Part shown: positions 1-8,428 of the stretch, piece after piece | Position numbering within the stretch: position 1 is the stretch's first letter | How the letters are laid out: every line of letters begins with the position of its first letter | Source of the DNA: Armatimonadota bacterium | GTDB taxonomy: Bacteria > Armatimonadota > Fimbriimonadia > Fimbriimonadales > Fimbriimonadaceae | Direction: 5' to 3' | Length of the DNA stretch: 22,043 bases | NCBI GenBank assembly: GCA_018268335.1 | Contig: JAFDWT010000096.1 | Span: 1 to 22,043, forward strand | Made by a program: the position numbers and the translations under genes | The notes under the pieces: model-generated | Database searches by the model: none | Told to the model about the DNA's origin: nothing | Seen by the model: the letters and a program-made list of their open reading frames with translations, nothing else

Positions 1-749
1 TGGTGGTCGTGGCCGACCAGGCGGGTGAGGCCCTCTAGCCTCATGCTGTCGCTGTGGACTTGGGCGACTTCCCCGCTCCGCAGGGCCAGGTTGGGAACCG
101 GGGTCCGGAAACCGAAGCCCCAGGGCCAGAGGAGGTTGAGCTTGGGCTCGCCTTCGCCTTCGCGTCGTCGGTTAATTTCGAGGTCGCCTAAGAGGTCGAC
201 CGAGTCGTCAATGAAACGGCGCAGAATGGGTTCGCCGTCTCCCTCGGGGAGGTGACGTTTGATGGCTTTGCCGGACAGCTCGGCTGGGGTCGTGGTTCCT
301 AAATCGAGAGAGCCCTTCTCCCAGACCAGGGCGTGCTCGGTGCCTTCACCGGGCAGGAAGGTCAGCGTACGAGTGTCCAGACGTTTGGCTTGTCCTGTGA
401 CCTCGCGCACTTCTTCTTGGCCTAACTGACTTGCGATCGGTCGGGCCAGGCCGTCGGCGTCCAGGGACATGAGAGTCGTTTGGAACTGGACGCTGTCCAT
501 CGGCGGGTCGTGCCGCAGGGCCGAGACCAGGAGCGGGCCGGGGGCGAGCCGGACTAGGTCCGGTGGCAGGCCGAGGAACGAGGCCTCGGGTGTCAACTGC
601 CGCTGCATCGGCTGCAGCCGGAAAACTTTCGCCTGCTCCACCATCTGCCGCATGGCACTGGGCAGCGGGTCGAGGAACTGCTCGTGTCCCTCCGCCGCCA
701 CCAGCCAGGGAGCGACGATGACGAGGCGGTCATTCTGTCGGCGGAGCAT
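1..749 (-). CDS. apgM-like metalloenzyme-superfamily protein (archaeal-type cofactor-independent phosphoglycerate mutase family), N-terminal ~250 aa. The gene continues past the left edge of the window.
   Basis: Reverse-strand translation from ATG at 749 is open to position 1: MLRRQNDRLVIVAPWLVAAEGHEQFLDPLPSAMRQMVEQAKVFRL...GEPKLNLLWPWGFGFRTPVP... The PKLNLLWPWGFG segment resembles the apgM hallmark 'PKANVILPRGAG', and SAMRQMVEQA resembles apgM 'TPNMDRLAK'. Absent from the ORF track because it has no in-window stop. Overlaps the 3' end of the VanZ-like ORF by ~20 nt. Confidence 0.5.
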   Translation of the reverse strand, partial: MLRRQNDRLVIVAPWLVAAEGHEQFLDPLPSAMRQMVEQAKVFRLQPMQRQLTPEASFLGLPPDLVRLAPGPLLVSALRHDPPMDSVQFQTTLMSLDADGLARPIASQLGQEEVREVTGQAKRLDTRTLTFLPGEGTEHALVWEKGSLDLGTTTPAELSGKAIKRHLPEGDGEPILRRFIDDSVDLLGDLEINRRREGEGEPKLNLLWPWGFGFRTPVPNLALRSGEVAQVHSDSMRLEGLTRLVGHDH

Positions 750-1359
750 TCCTTGACCTTGATACCAGCCAGGCGGCGAAGAGGAAGGTGACGGCCCCGG
801 CCATGTCGAGGGCGACGTCCCACCCTGAGCCGAGGCGACCGGCGGCGAAGCTCTGGCGGAACTCATCGAACAGGGCGAGCGGCAGGACGAAGGCGAGTCC
901 TCTCCAGAGTCCGGGGCTACGGTTGGCTTCGCTCCACCGGTAAGCCGCTAAGGCGCTGATGCCGTAGGCGGTGAAGTGGATGACTTTGCGGGCGGCTACG
1001 ACGATGCCCCAGGCTTGCTCGGGGGAGGTGTGGAGCCAGGCAGCAAGCTCTTCAGGAAAGTGGCCTGGTGAGCCGGTTCCGTTACTGAGTCCGCCGATGC
1101 AGACGGCGAAGAAGGTGAGAGCGAACTGCCATCTTCGGTCGCCCTTTGACTCCCACTGCTCCAACGTTGCGTTGATTCCGGCAAAGACGGCAGCCAAGAC
1201 GAGGACGGCGAGAAGAGGCAATGGACGCCAGAGGCAGAACAACGCCGTGGCTGACAACCCGACTGCTGGCCCCACGTACCATAAGCGGCTTCGCCAAGTG
1301 ATGGCCCAGAAGGCACCAACGGTCAGCAGCCCACCCAATGTGGCGAACAGGAGGGGCAT
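730..1359 (-). CDS. VanZ-like family membrane protein
   Basis: ORF 730..1563(-). Most plausible start is the internal ATG at 1359 (MPLLFATLGG...), divergent from surE. Multiple TM helices. The C-terminal region KVIHFTAYGISALAAY...LFDEFRQSFAAGRLGSGWDVALDMAGAVTFLFAAWL matches the VanZ pattern (HF..Y...L / E..Q.f.pgR...Dv..n..Ga). Confidence 0.55.
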   Translation of the reverse strand: MPLLFATLGGLLTVGAFWAITWRSRLWYVGPAVGLSATALFCLWRPLPLLAVLVLAAVFAGINATLEQWESKGDRRWQFALTFFAVCIGGLSNGTGSPGHFPEELAAWLHTSPEQAWGIVVAARKVIHFTAYGISALAAYRWSEANRSPGLWRGLAFVLPLALFDEFRQSFAAGRLGSGWDVALDMAGAVTFLFAAWLVSRSRNAPPTE

Positions 1360-1401
1360 CGGAACCACCTGGACATTCTGCCTCAGCGGTAGCATCCGGG
1401 G

Positions 1402-2172
1402 ATGCGCATTCTCCTCACCAACGACGACGGCATCGACGCGCCTGGCCTGCGCGCCCTGGCCGGGGTGGCGCGGGAGTTTGGCGAGGTCAAGGTGGTCGCT
1501 CCGGACCGGGAGCGGAGCGCCTGCGCCCACGCGATGACGATGCGTGACCCGCTGCGCGTGCAATCGGTCGCCTACGACGGGCTAGAGGCCATGGTGGTCA
1601 ACGGGCTTCCAGTGGATTGCGTGAACGTCGCCCTGACCCTGGCGTGGCCTGACGGGTGCGACCTGGTGCTGAGCGGGTTTAACAACGGCCCGAACCTGGG
1701 GTTTGACGTCACCTATTCCGGCACTGTCGCAGGAGCGATGGAAGGCGTGATCAACGGCATCCGGTCGGTTGCGCTCAGCATGGTCGCCATTGTAGAGGGC
1801 GCGCCGATGCACTTCGACACGGGAGCGGCTTGGCTCCGTGACAACTGGTCGCTGGCCACAGGGCTTGATCTGCCGACAGGCACTTTTCTCAACATCAACG
1901 TCCCTGCCCTTGCCTATCCAGAAGTGCAGGGCCACCGGTTTGTGCCGATGGGCAAGCGCATTTGGGAAGACCGGGTCGAGGAGCGGCGAGACCCTTGGGG
2001 CCGCGCCTACTATTGGCAGGGCGGCGCGACGATGTTGCATCCCACTGACCCGGACACCGATGTGGCGGCGGTTTCCTCTGGGCACGTCAGCATCACGCCG
2101 ATCAGTATCGACTGGACCGACCACAGCACACTGACCCAACTGGCGCGGCTTGCAGCGGTCAGCAGATCTTAA
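1402..2172 (+). CDS. surE: 5'/3'-nucleotidase SurE
   Basis: 256 aa. Canonical N-terminus MRILLTNDDGIDAPGLRAL. Full-length SurE architecture (…GFNNGPNLG…YSGTVAGAMEG…). Confidence 0.9.
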   Translation: MRILLTNDDGIDAPGLRALAGVAREFGEVKVVAPDRERSACAHAMTMRDPLRVQSVAYDGLEAMVVNGLPVDCVNVALTLAWPDGCDLVLSGFNNGPNLGFDVTYSGTVAGAMEGVINGIRSVALSMVAIVEGAPMHFDTGAAWLRDNWSLATGLDLPTGTFLNINVPALAYPEVQGHRFVPMGKRIWEDRVEERRDPWGRAYYWQGGATMLHPTDPDTDVAAVSSGHVSITPISIDWTDHSTLTQLARLAAVSRS

Positions 2173-2238
2173 CGGAGACTCGTGCCACCCTGGATGAAGT
2201 TCCAAAGTGACACAAGTCGTCCTGGTGCAAGCTCCCTC

Positions 2239-2712
2239 TCAGGGGAAGCTCATGTCGCCGTACAGGGTCTGGATGTAGTTGATCTGACCCGTGTGGTAGC
2301 GGGCGTTGTCGGCGAAGGCCGACAGGGCGGCGACGCGCGGCAGAGGGACTGGGCTGAAGAAGGTTTCGATCGGCTCGTTTAGGTCAGCCTCGGACAGGCC
2401 GGCGAGGGCCTCGTTTGTCTTGGCCAATCCTTCGGCGGCCTTGGCCTTGATGTCCGCGATGCTGGTCAGTTTGGCCTTCTCAGCCATGAACTCCGTCATG
2501 ATCTCTTCGGTCATTTCGAACTTGGGTGCACCGGGCATGAAGGCCAGGGGCCAGGTCGTGCTCATGGCCACTTCGGCGGCGATGTCAAGGGCCGAGCGGC
2601 CGTTGTCGAGAGGCCTCCACTCCAGCTTGTCGGCGGGGACTTTGTCCACCGCCGCAAAGAACTGCGCGGACTGCGCGTTGTTGGTGTCGATCAGATGTTG
2701 TGTCAGCGACAT
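2239..2712 (-). CDS. DinB-superfamily (DinB_2/YfiT-like) protein
   Basis: ORF 2239..2727(-), 162 aa. MSLTQHLIDTNNAQSAQFFAAVDKVPADKLEWRP…; helical, with conserved His residues typical of the DinB four-helix-bundle family. Start either ATG 2727 or ATG 2712 (MSLTQ...). Convergent with surE. Confidence 0.5.
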   Translation of the reverse strand: MSLTQHLIDTNNAQSAQFFAAVDKVPADKLEWRPLDNGRSALDIAAEVAMSTTWPLAFMPGAPKFEMTEEIMTEFMAEKAKLTSIADIKAKAAEGLAKTNEALAGLSEADLNEPIETFFSPVPLPRVAALSAFADNARYHTGQINYIQTLYGDMSFP

Positions 2713-2751
2713 GGGGATATGATACATCGACTAGTGCGCTTTTGTCTACTA

Positions 2752-2765
2752 TTAAGGATTCTTAA
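2752..2765. promoter_or_regulatory. Short inverted repeat TTAAG-N4-CTTAA in an AT-rich divergent promoter region (possible operator)
   Basis: Sequence ttaagGATTcttaa lies in the 116-nt AT-rich spacer between the divergent DinB-like gene and the 2844..3881 gene. A strong RBS (gaggagg) follows before ATG 2844. Confidence 0.2.
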
Positions 2766-2843
2766 TGACGAATTGCCACCCTTGTGGCCCGTGCAAGCGT
2801 AGGTATTGTTAAGGGATGGCTGTCGTATCAATGAGGAGGCGAC

Positions 2844-3881
2844 ATGTCTTGGCGTGAGGGATACGCGCTGGGGCACTCGGTCGTGCGAGAAATCCATGAC
2901 ACCCTGCGCATCGACGACCAGTACGTCCACGACGAGCCGCACGGGTTCACCTGGTGGCCGGGGGACTTCTCCCAGACGATCAAGACCGACGAGGGCATTT
3001 TCCGGCAATCGACGGTGACCTACCGGCTTACGGCCGAGACGGACTTTCTCAAGGGTAAGGGCCACATGCGCGACATCGCGCTCGCCTTGGTTGATGAAAT
3101 GGACATCTGCTCGTTCAGCGGGCCAGTCTATGACCAGGCGACGGACACGTTTAAGCTGCACTGCTCGGTGTTTCTGGCCGACGAGAACGCCGGATGGTTG
3201 CGGCGGACGATGCTGGCGGCCACCGCGCTGCAAGCCTATGACGCCCAGCAGCTGATCAACCGCTTGGGCGACCGGTTCCATGCCGTGCACGCCACCTCAG
3301 CCCACCCAACAGCTGGCCTGCGGGAAGAACCGCACCCGATCCTCAAGACCGCCCACAAGTTTTTCTGGCAGGCCGGTCTGCACCCGTCGCGCTGGATTGG
3401 CGCGGAGGAGTGGCGGGAAGGCACGTGGGTGATGGAGCGCGAGGCCCAGACTTTTGAGTGCGACCGACAGACCAAGCTGCATGCGACGTTCGAGTGGTTC
3501 TGCGGCGAAGGCGTGATCGAAGTGACTGCGACCGCGGATGTGCCCCATCCTGTCTTGGGCAACGGGCTGCAGGTGACCATGACGATCCCTCTTAAGCTGG
3601 GCCAGGAGGCCCTGGGGCATCTTGTTCTGGACTTGAACGGGCTGGAGCGCAGCGACTACAAGCGGTGCCACGTGCTCGGCTCGTGGTGCGCCCACGAGGG
3701 GAAGCTGGCGTTCCGGATGTTTGTCCCGAACACGCTCTATACGCCCGAAGTGCTGCCCGAGGTGTTGGTCAACGTGTCCACTCGGTCGATCTGGGTGAAC
3801 GAGTACTTCTACGAAAAGAAGCAGCAAGCTTCCCATCCAGCACCGACGCCTCCGCCGGCGCATGAGGAAACCGGGTCATAG
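2844..3881 (+). CDS. Hypothetical protein (345 aa), possibly two similar halves
   Basis: Long ORF with a good RBS (GAGGAGG, 6 nt upstream). Protein-like composition. No family recognised by eye. A Pro-rich C-terminal tail (PAPTPPPAHEETGS). Confidence 0.6.
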   Translation: MSWREGYALGHSVVREIHDTLRIDDQYVHDEPHGFTWWPGDFSQTIKTDEGIFRQSTVTYRLTAETDFLKGKGHMRDIALALVDEMDICSFSGPVYDQATDTFKLHCSVFLADENAGWLRRTMLAATALQAYDAQQLINRLGDRFHAVHATSAHPTAGLREEPHPILKTAHKFFWQAGLHPSRWIGAEEWREGTWVMEREAQTFECDRQTKLHATFEWFCGEGVIEVTATADVPHPVLGNGLQVTMTIPLKLGQEALGHLVLDLNGLERSDYKRCHVLGSWCAHEGKLAFRMFVPNTLYTPEVLPEVLVNVSTRSIWVNEYFYEKKQQASHPAPTPPPAHEETGS

Positions 3882-4649
3882 TCGGCTGATGTAGACGCGA
3901 CCGGTCGGCCTTGGGCTGCCCAGGTTCCACTTGATCCAGAAGACCAGACCGACAGTGACCAAAGCCACTGCGACCCATCCGAGGAACCGGCTGACGACAT
4001 CCCAATCGAGACCACGGGTGTTCCACCTGACGGCATCGATGCGGGCTTTGGCACCGGCCGCGGTGCTAGCGTCGCCGACAAAAAGCGTCCCGGGCTGGAG
4101 GTAGCCGTCCAAGTCGGTCGAGGTTGCGGAAAAGTCGCGCAGGGGCACACGGCCGAGTGACTGGCCGTCCACCTGGACCAAGGCGCTCTCGGCCCCAATG
4201 GAGACCGTCACAGAATGCCGGCCGGGCGTCGACAATTGGATGGACTCTCCGTGGCCAGTCAGGGGCTGATCTAATCCAAGCCAAGCCTCGTTCGACCAGA
4301 AATTGACGACGACAGAGCGCCCCATAGAGTCGGTGACGGCCAATGTCAGGCCAGCTCGGTTTTTGGATGTATGGATCTCCTCGGCCAGTTCAAATGCCAG
4401 GGTGTAGTCGACTCCAGATTCCGGCACACCGCCTCGGCTGAGGCTGATCCACCAGCCGTCACGGTCGCGCAATTCGGGGAGTGATGACACCTCGCCAGAC
4501 TTTGAGGCTGTGACTTCGCCGACGTGGCTCCAGCGCCAGGTGGCGTCGGCCATATTAACAGACTTGGCCGCATCGTAGAGGACGCCTCCCTTGGCCTGAC
4601 AAGCGAGAGGGGCCGTGGCGAAAGCCACGGCCCAGACAGCGACGGACAA
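3876..4649 (-). CDS. Secreted/anchored concanavalin-A-like (LamG-type jelly-roll) domain protein with C-terminal TM helix
   Basis: ORF 3876..4847(-). Its N-terminal ~60 codons overlap the upstream gene and are Arg-rich junk, and no in-frame ATG precedes the signal peptide (LRVRALSVAVWAVAFATAPLACQA). Likely TTG start at ~4649 (or CTG at ~4664). The body has LamG-like beta-strand patterning (DYTLAFELAEE…RHSVTVSIGAESALVQVDGQSLGRVPL…TLFVGD). The C-terminus FLGWVAVALVTVGLVFWIKW is a TM anchor. Confidence 0.5.
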   Translation of the reverse strand: MSVAVWAVAFATAPLACQAKGGVLYDAAKSVNMADATWRWSHVGEVTASKSGEVSSLPELRDRDGWWISLSRGGVPESGVDYTLAFELAEEIHTSKNRAGLTLAVTDSMGRSVVVNFWSNEAWLGLDQPLTGHGESIQLSTPGRHSVTVSIGAESALVQVDGQSLGRVPLRDFSATSTDLDGYLQPGTLFVGDASTAAGAKARIDAVRWNTRGLDWDVVSRFLGWVAVALVTVGLVFWIKWNLGSPRPTGRVYISRL

Positions 4650-4660
4650 GGCGCGGACTC

Positions 4661-5401
4661 TCAGGGCAGGAGAACCATGGAGACCTTGGCGTTGGTCGGC
4701 GGCATCATTTCGTTGAACTGGACGTTCTCGTAGTCGGCCGTCATGCGCACCGGCGAGCCTTCGGCCTGGTCGATCCAATAGGTGCCGGTCGCGCCGAACG
4801 GCTTGTCGATGCCGATCTCGCTGAAGGCGAAGGTGACTTTCCAGCATTTGTGGCCCTCAGCTTCTTCTTCTCCAACGACCGTGTACTTGGACAGCGCTGC
4901 GGGAGTCTGCTTTTTGTCGTCCTTCTTCAGTTCTTTTGTCCACGACTCGCCGACTTTCACCTTGCCCGTGGGTCGCCAAAAGACGCTGATGTTTTCAACT
5001 CGCTGGCTCTGCTGGACAGGAGACTCGCCACCCTCGGTCTCGCGGCTGATCGTCTCACCTGTTTTCAAGTTTTGAACGATGATGGCTTTGACCGCAGCCG
5101 GGTTGTTGGCACCATCGGTCGGTGGCTCTGTCTCGTTGCCGTTGAAGTTCAGCTTGAAGTCTTCGACATGGGCTTCGAGTGTGAGCTTCTCGCCGTCGAT
5201 CTTTGTGACTTTGCCGACGTTGACCATGGACACTTTGATGTCCAATGCCTGGCCACCGATCTCCGTGTTCATGGCGACGTTGAGCTTGTACTTGCGGACT
5301 TGACCGACTTTGGGTTTCCATGTGAAATCAGCTTCAGCCTGTCCGGCCAGAGCGGGGACGGTGACAAGGCCGACAAGAAGGGCGGCAGCGAGCGCTCTCA
5401 T
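4661..5401 (-). CDS. Secreted hypothetical protein (Lys-rich, signal peptide)
   Basis: 246 aa. N-terminal signal peptide MRALAAALLVGLVTVPALAGQA. Beta-rich, Lys/Glu-rich body. The gene lies in a locally lower-GC stretch. Confidence 0.6.
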   Translation of the reverse strand: MRALAAALLVGLVTVPALAGQAEADFTWKPKVGQVRKYKLNVAMNTEIGGQALDIKVSMVNVGKVTKIDGEKLTLEAHVEDFKLNFNGNETEPPTDGANNPAAVKAIIVQNLKTGETISRETEGGESPVQQSQRVENISVFWRPTGKVKVGESWTKELKKDDKKQTPAALSKYTVVGEEEAEGHKCWKVTFAFSEIGIDKPFGATGTYWIDQAEGSPVRMTADYENVQFNEMMPPTNAKVSMVLLP

Positions 5402-5458
5402 ATCCGAATGTTACGCGATACTGCGCGGGTCGTTGCGGGGCTGCCCGTTGAGCGTGCG

Positions 5459-6061
5459 TCAGAGCGCAGTCAGGGCCGCGAACGCCGCGGCGAATTCTCG
5501 CAAAACCTTGCCCCGGTGGCTGACCGCGTGTTTCTGCTCGGCGGTCAGGTCGGCCATGGTGCAGCCACGCTCGGGGAGCCAGAAGATGGGGTCGTAGCCG
5601 AAGCCGCCGTTGCCGCTGGGCTCAGTTGCGATGCGGCCTTCGCACTTGGCCTCGAACACCTGCGTCTCTATGCCTCTCTTGGCTAAGGCGACTGCGCATT
5701 GGAAGCGGGCGCAGCGTTCGTTGTCGGGGACTCCTTGGAGACGATCCAGGATGATCCGCATCTTCTCCGGAAACGGCGTCTCTTCGCCAGCGAACCGCTT
5801 GCTATAGACGCCGAGCTCGCCCGGCAGGGCGTCGATTTCTAGACCGGCGTCGTCGGCGACGCACCATTCGCCGGTGTAGGCGGCAGCACTTTCGGCTTTG
5901 ATGACTGCGTTTTCGGCGTAGGTGGTACCGGTCTCTGCGGGTTCTGGGGCACCTGGATACTCGGCAAGTGTGACGATCTCTAGATCGGGGAACCGGTGCC
6001 CGAGGATCGTTGTCATCTCGCCCGCCTTTTTGGCATTATGGGTGGCGACGACTAGACGCAC
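5459..6061 (-). CDS. rdgB: Non-canonical purine NTP pyrophosphatase RdgB/HAM1 (dITP/XTP pyrophosphatase)
   Basis: 200 aa. MRLVVATHNAKKAGEM…; FGYDPIF motif. Classic position immediately downstream of rph. Confidence 0.9.
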   Translation of the reverse strand: MRLVVATHNAKKAGEMTTILGHRFPDLEIVTLAEYPGAPEPAETGTTYAENAVIKAESAAAYTGEWCVADDAGLEIDALPGELGVYSKRFAGEETPFPEKMRIILDRLQGVPDNERCARFQCAVALAKRGIETQVFEAKCEGRIATEPSGNGGFGYDPIFWLPERGCTMADLTAEQKHAVSHRGKVLREFAAAFAALTAL

Positions 6062-6175
6062 CTTTGCACCTCATGGTGCCGACGGACATTTAGCAAAGCC
6101 GCTGTCGCGACCGAGGTGCACGAGGCATCACCCCGGCCACACTGCCCTGTCATCCGGGAGCAGAATCTCGCCAAC

Positions 6176-6889
6176 CTATTTCCCAAGAACGGCATCTTGC
6201 ATGTCGGTCAGCTCGTGGATGCCCTTTTTGGCTAGGGCAAGGAGCTTGCCGAGGGTCTCGGCGCTGAACGGGTCGGCCTCGGCAGTGCCTTGGACTTCGA
6301 CGAACTTGCCGCTGCCGGTCATGACGACGTTCATGTCGGTCTGGGCTTTGGAGTCCTCTTCATAGCAGAGGTCGAGCAACTCGACACCATTGACGACGCC
6401 GACACTGACTGCGGCCAGGCTGTCTTTGAGCACCTGCTTTTTCAGCGTGCGCTGCTTTTGCATCCAATCCAGTGCATCGACAAGCGCGACGTAGGATGCG
6501 GTGATCGCAGCGGTGCGGGTGCCGCCGTCGGCGCGGAGCGCGTCGCAATCGAGGGTGATCGTCCGTTCGCCGAGCGCTTCCATATCGATGACGGCCCGCA
6601 GGGCGCGGCCGATCAGGCGCTGGATCTCCATGCTGCGTCCGTTCGGGCCCCGGTTGCCGTCGCGCTGGTTGCGCTGGCGTCCGCTGCGCGGCAGCATGGC
6701 GTACTCGGCGGTGACCCAGCCTTGTCCTTGGCCCTTAAGCCAGGGTGGAACGCGATCTTCGACTGTGGCGGTCACCAGCATGTGGGTGTCGCCCATCGTG
6801 ATCAAGCAGGAGCCTTCGGCGAATTTGGCGAAGCCTCTTTCTAGCTTCGTCGGGCGAAGCTCGTCGGGCTGTCGCCCATCGATACGCAT
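6176..6889 (-). CDS. rph: Ribonuclease PH
   Basis: ORF 6176..6913(-). Likely start at the internal ATG ([13 protein letters not shown], ~6889), matching the canonical RNase PH N-terminus. …[17 protein letters not shown]… conserved core. Confidence 0.9.
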   Translation of the reverse strand: MRIDGRQPDELRPTKLERGFAKFAEGSCLITMGDTHMLVTATVEDRVPPWLKGQGQGWVTAEYAMLPRSGRQRNQRDGNRGPNGRSMEIQRLIGRALRAVIDMEALGERTITLDCDALRADGGTRTAAITASYVALVDALDWMQKQRTLKKQVLKDSLAAVSVGVVNGVELLDLCYEEDSKAQTDMNVVMTGSGKFVEVQGTAEADPFSAETLGKLLALAKKGIHELTDMQDAVLGK

Positions 6890-6899
6890 GGCAGCTAGT

Positions 6900-7583
6900 C
6901 TACCGGTCAGCAAGGGCCAAGGAACAGGCGGCGGCGACGGCTGTGTCGACCCTCAGCACGCGCGGGCCAAGGGAAACGGCCCTGGAGCCGATTGACTGCA
7001 CTTCCTTTGGCGCCCATCCGCCTTCGGGGCCGACGACGATCGTGCATTCTTGTTGGAGTGTCGGCCAGTCGGCAGGGGCGGTTTCGCTCTCGCTCATGAC
7101 CAAGGCCTGGGGGTGCGCCTCCAGGACTTGGGCGAGGGACATGAGCACGGTGAAGGTGGGAAGCTTGGTGCGGAAAGCGACTTCGGCGGCTTCTCTTGCA
7201 ATTGTTTCAAGCCGTAGGAGTTTGGCGGCGAACTTGGCTGGCTCCCACCGGACGACGGTGCGCTCGGCGGTGAACAGGAGGAAGTGGGCGACGCCGAGTT
7301 CGGTGGCCATGCGGACACTCTCTTCCAGCTTCTCTGGCTTGGGGATGCCGAGGGCGAGCGTGACTTCGCGTTTGGCTTCTGTGGCAGGGGTGGTGACCTC
7401 TATTGGCCTGGCCGACTTGCCGTCCAAGGTGCATCGGATGAAGCGGCCGTCTCCGGGAAGAAGGCCGATTACGTCGCCGGACACTAGCCGTAGGACATTG
7501 CGAAATTTGCGTGTTTCGGCCTCGGGTAGTTCGATCTTCTCAGGCAGTTCGTCTGGAATCCCGGCGACGAACGCCCGGGGCAG
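6900..7583 (-). CDS. rsmE: 16S rRNA (uracil1498-N3)-methyltransferase RsmE
   Basis: C-terminal 230 aa of ORF 6900..8033(-). The remainder of that ORF overlaps prmA and is Arg-rich junk. [12 protein letters not shown] aligns to the canonical RsmE N-terminus MPRFFVP; the codon aligned to Met is CTG (~7583), and TTG at ~7616 is an alternative. …[16 protein letters not shown]…[10 protein letters not shown]…. Confidence 0.8.
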   Translation of the reverse strand: MPRAFVAGIPDELPEKIELPEAETRKFRNVLRLVSGDVIGLLPGDGRFIRCTLDGKSARPIEVTTPATEAKREVTLALGIPKPEKLEESVRMATELGVAHFLLFTAERTVVRWEPAKFAAKLLRLETIAREAAEVAFRTKLPTFTVLMSLAQVLEAHPQALVMSESETAPADWPTLQQECTIVVGPEGGWAPKEVQSIGSRAVSLGPRVLRVDTAVAAACSLALADR

Positions 7584-7588
7584 GGCCC

Positions 7589-8428
7589 TTAGCGAAGGAA
7601 CGACGCGGCTAGCCAATCGTTCTCCTGAAACGTCTTTTCGAGCGTGAACCCGTGTCGTGCGGCGGCCTCTTGGACGGACGGCCAGTTGGCTTCGATGACG
7701 CCGCTGACCACCCAGCGGCCGCCGGGCCGGACACGGCGCGACGCTTCGGGAGCCAAAGCGATCAGCGCGGCGCTGATGATGTTGCTGAGCACGAGGTCGT
7801 AGGTAGCGTCGGGCGGCAATGGGTCGAAGCCCAAGCCGAGCCGGGCGTCCACTTGCACGCCGTTTCTTGCTGCGTTCTCCTGGGTCGCTTCGACGCTGGG
7901 AGGGTCGACATCGACCGCGACGGCTGACTTGGCCCCCAGGAGCATGGCCGCCACTGACAGGACGCCGCTGCCGCAGCCGATGTCGGCGATTTCCAGGCCG
8001 GTCGCGCCGACCTCTTCGAGAATTTCCAGGCATCCTCGCGTCGTCGGATGGTCGCCGGTACCGAAAGCTTGGCCAGGGTCGAGGACGATGACGACATCTT
8101 CGGGAGTCGAATCAAACTCCTCCCACGAGGGACGCACGACCAGGTGCTTGCCGATACGTCTGGGCTTGAAGAACTGCTTCCAGGACTCAGCCCAGTCTTC
8201 TTCGGGAACCAAACGGTTCTCGACTGTCATCGCGCCAAATGAGAAGAGTTCTTCCTTCAGTGGAACAAGGCCGCTTTCGCACCCTGGGGCTAGGTAGCCG
8301 CTGATTGTCGGCGGCGTGTCGGTCTGCACCGTGCCGTTGACGCCGTGACGGGCAAAGACCTCCGCCCACATCGACCAGTCGTCGGGCTCGCCGGGAAGAT
8401 ACGCCTTCACCTCGGTCCAGGCTTTCAT
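7589..8428 (-). CDS. prmA: Ribosomal protein L11 methyltransferase PrmA
   Basis: 279 aa. SAM-binding motif DIGCGSGVLS. Conserved dnaJ-prmA-rsmE gene order. Start overlaps the dnaJ stop (ATGA). Confidence 0.9.
   Translation of the reverse strand: MKAWTEVKAYLPGEPDDWSMWAEVFARHGVNGTVQTDTPPTISGYLAPGCESGLVPLKEELFSFGAMTVENRLVPEEDWAESWKQFFKPRRIGKHLVVRPSWEEFDSTPEDVVIVLDPGQAFGTGDHPTTRGCLEILEEVGATGLEIADIGCGSGVLSVAAMLLGAKSAVAVDVDPPSVEATQENAARNGVQVDARLGLGFDPLPPDATYDLVLSNIISAALIALAPEASRRVRPGGRWVVSGVIEANWPSVQEAAARHGFTLEKTFQENDWLAASFLR

Noticed and set aside
25-823. Small ORFs 25..255(+), 469..756(+), 593..823(-)
   Set aside because: All lie within or antisense to the apgM-like reading frame, which is open across the whole region and has recognisable family motifs. 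Their Arg/Ser/Pro-rich products look spurious.
2229-2250. Imperfect hairpin agctccc-tctca-ggggaagct between convergent surE and the DinB-like gene
   Set aside because: The stem is bulged and short, it overlaps the DinB-like stop codon, and there is no U-tract. Too weak to call a terminator.
6065-6078. Palindrome gcacc-tcat-ggtgc in the rph-rdgB spacer
   Set aside because: 5-bp arms only. Such short dyads are expected by chance in GC-rich spacers.
6290-6995. Plus-strand ORFs 6290..6844 and 6501..6995 antisense to rph
   Set aside because: They overlap RNase PH, which has a canonical full-length sequence. No motifs.
7589-8033. N-terminal 148 codons of ORF 6900..8033(-), an apparent 377-aa RsmE
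   Set aside because: This part overlaps prmA in another frame and is pure Arg/Pro/Gly low complexity. RsmE homology begins only after the prmA stop.
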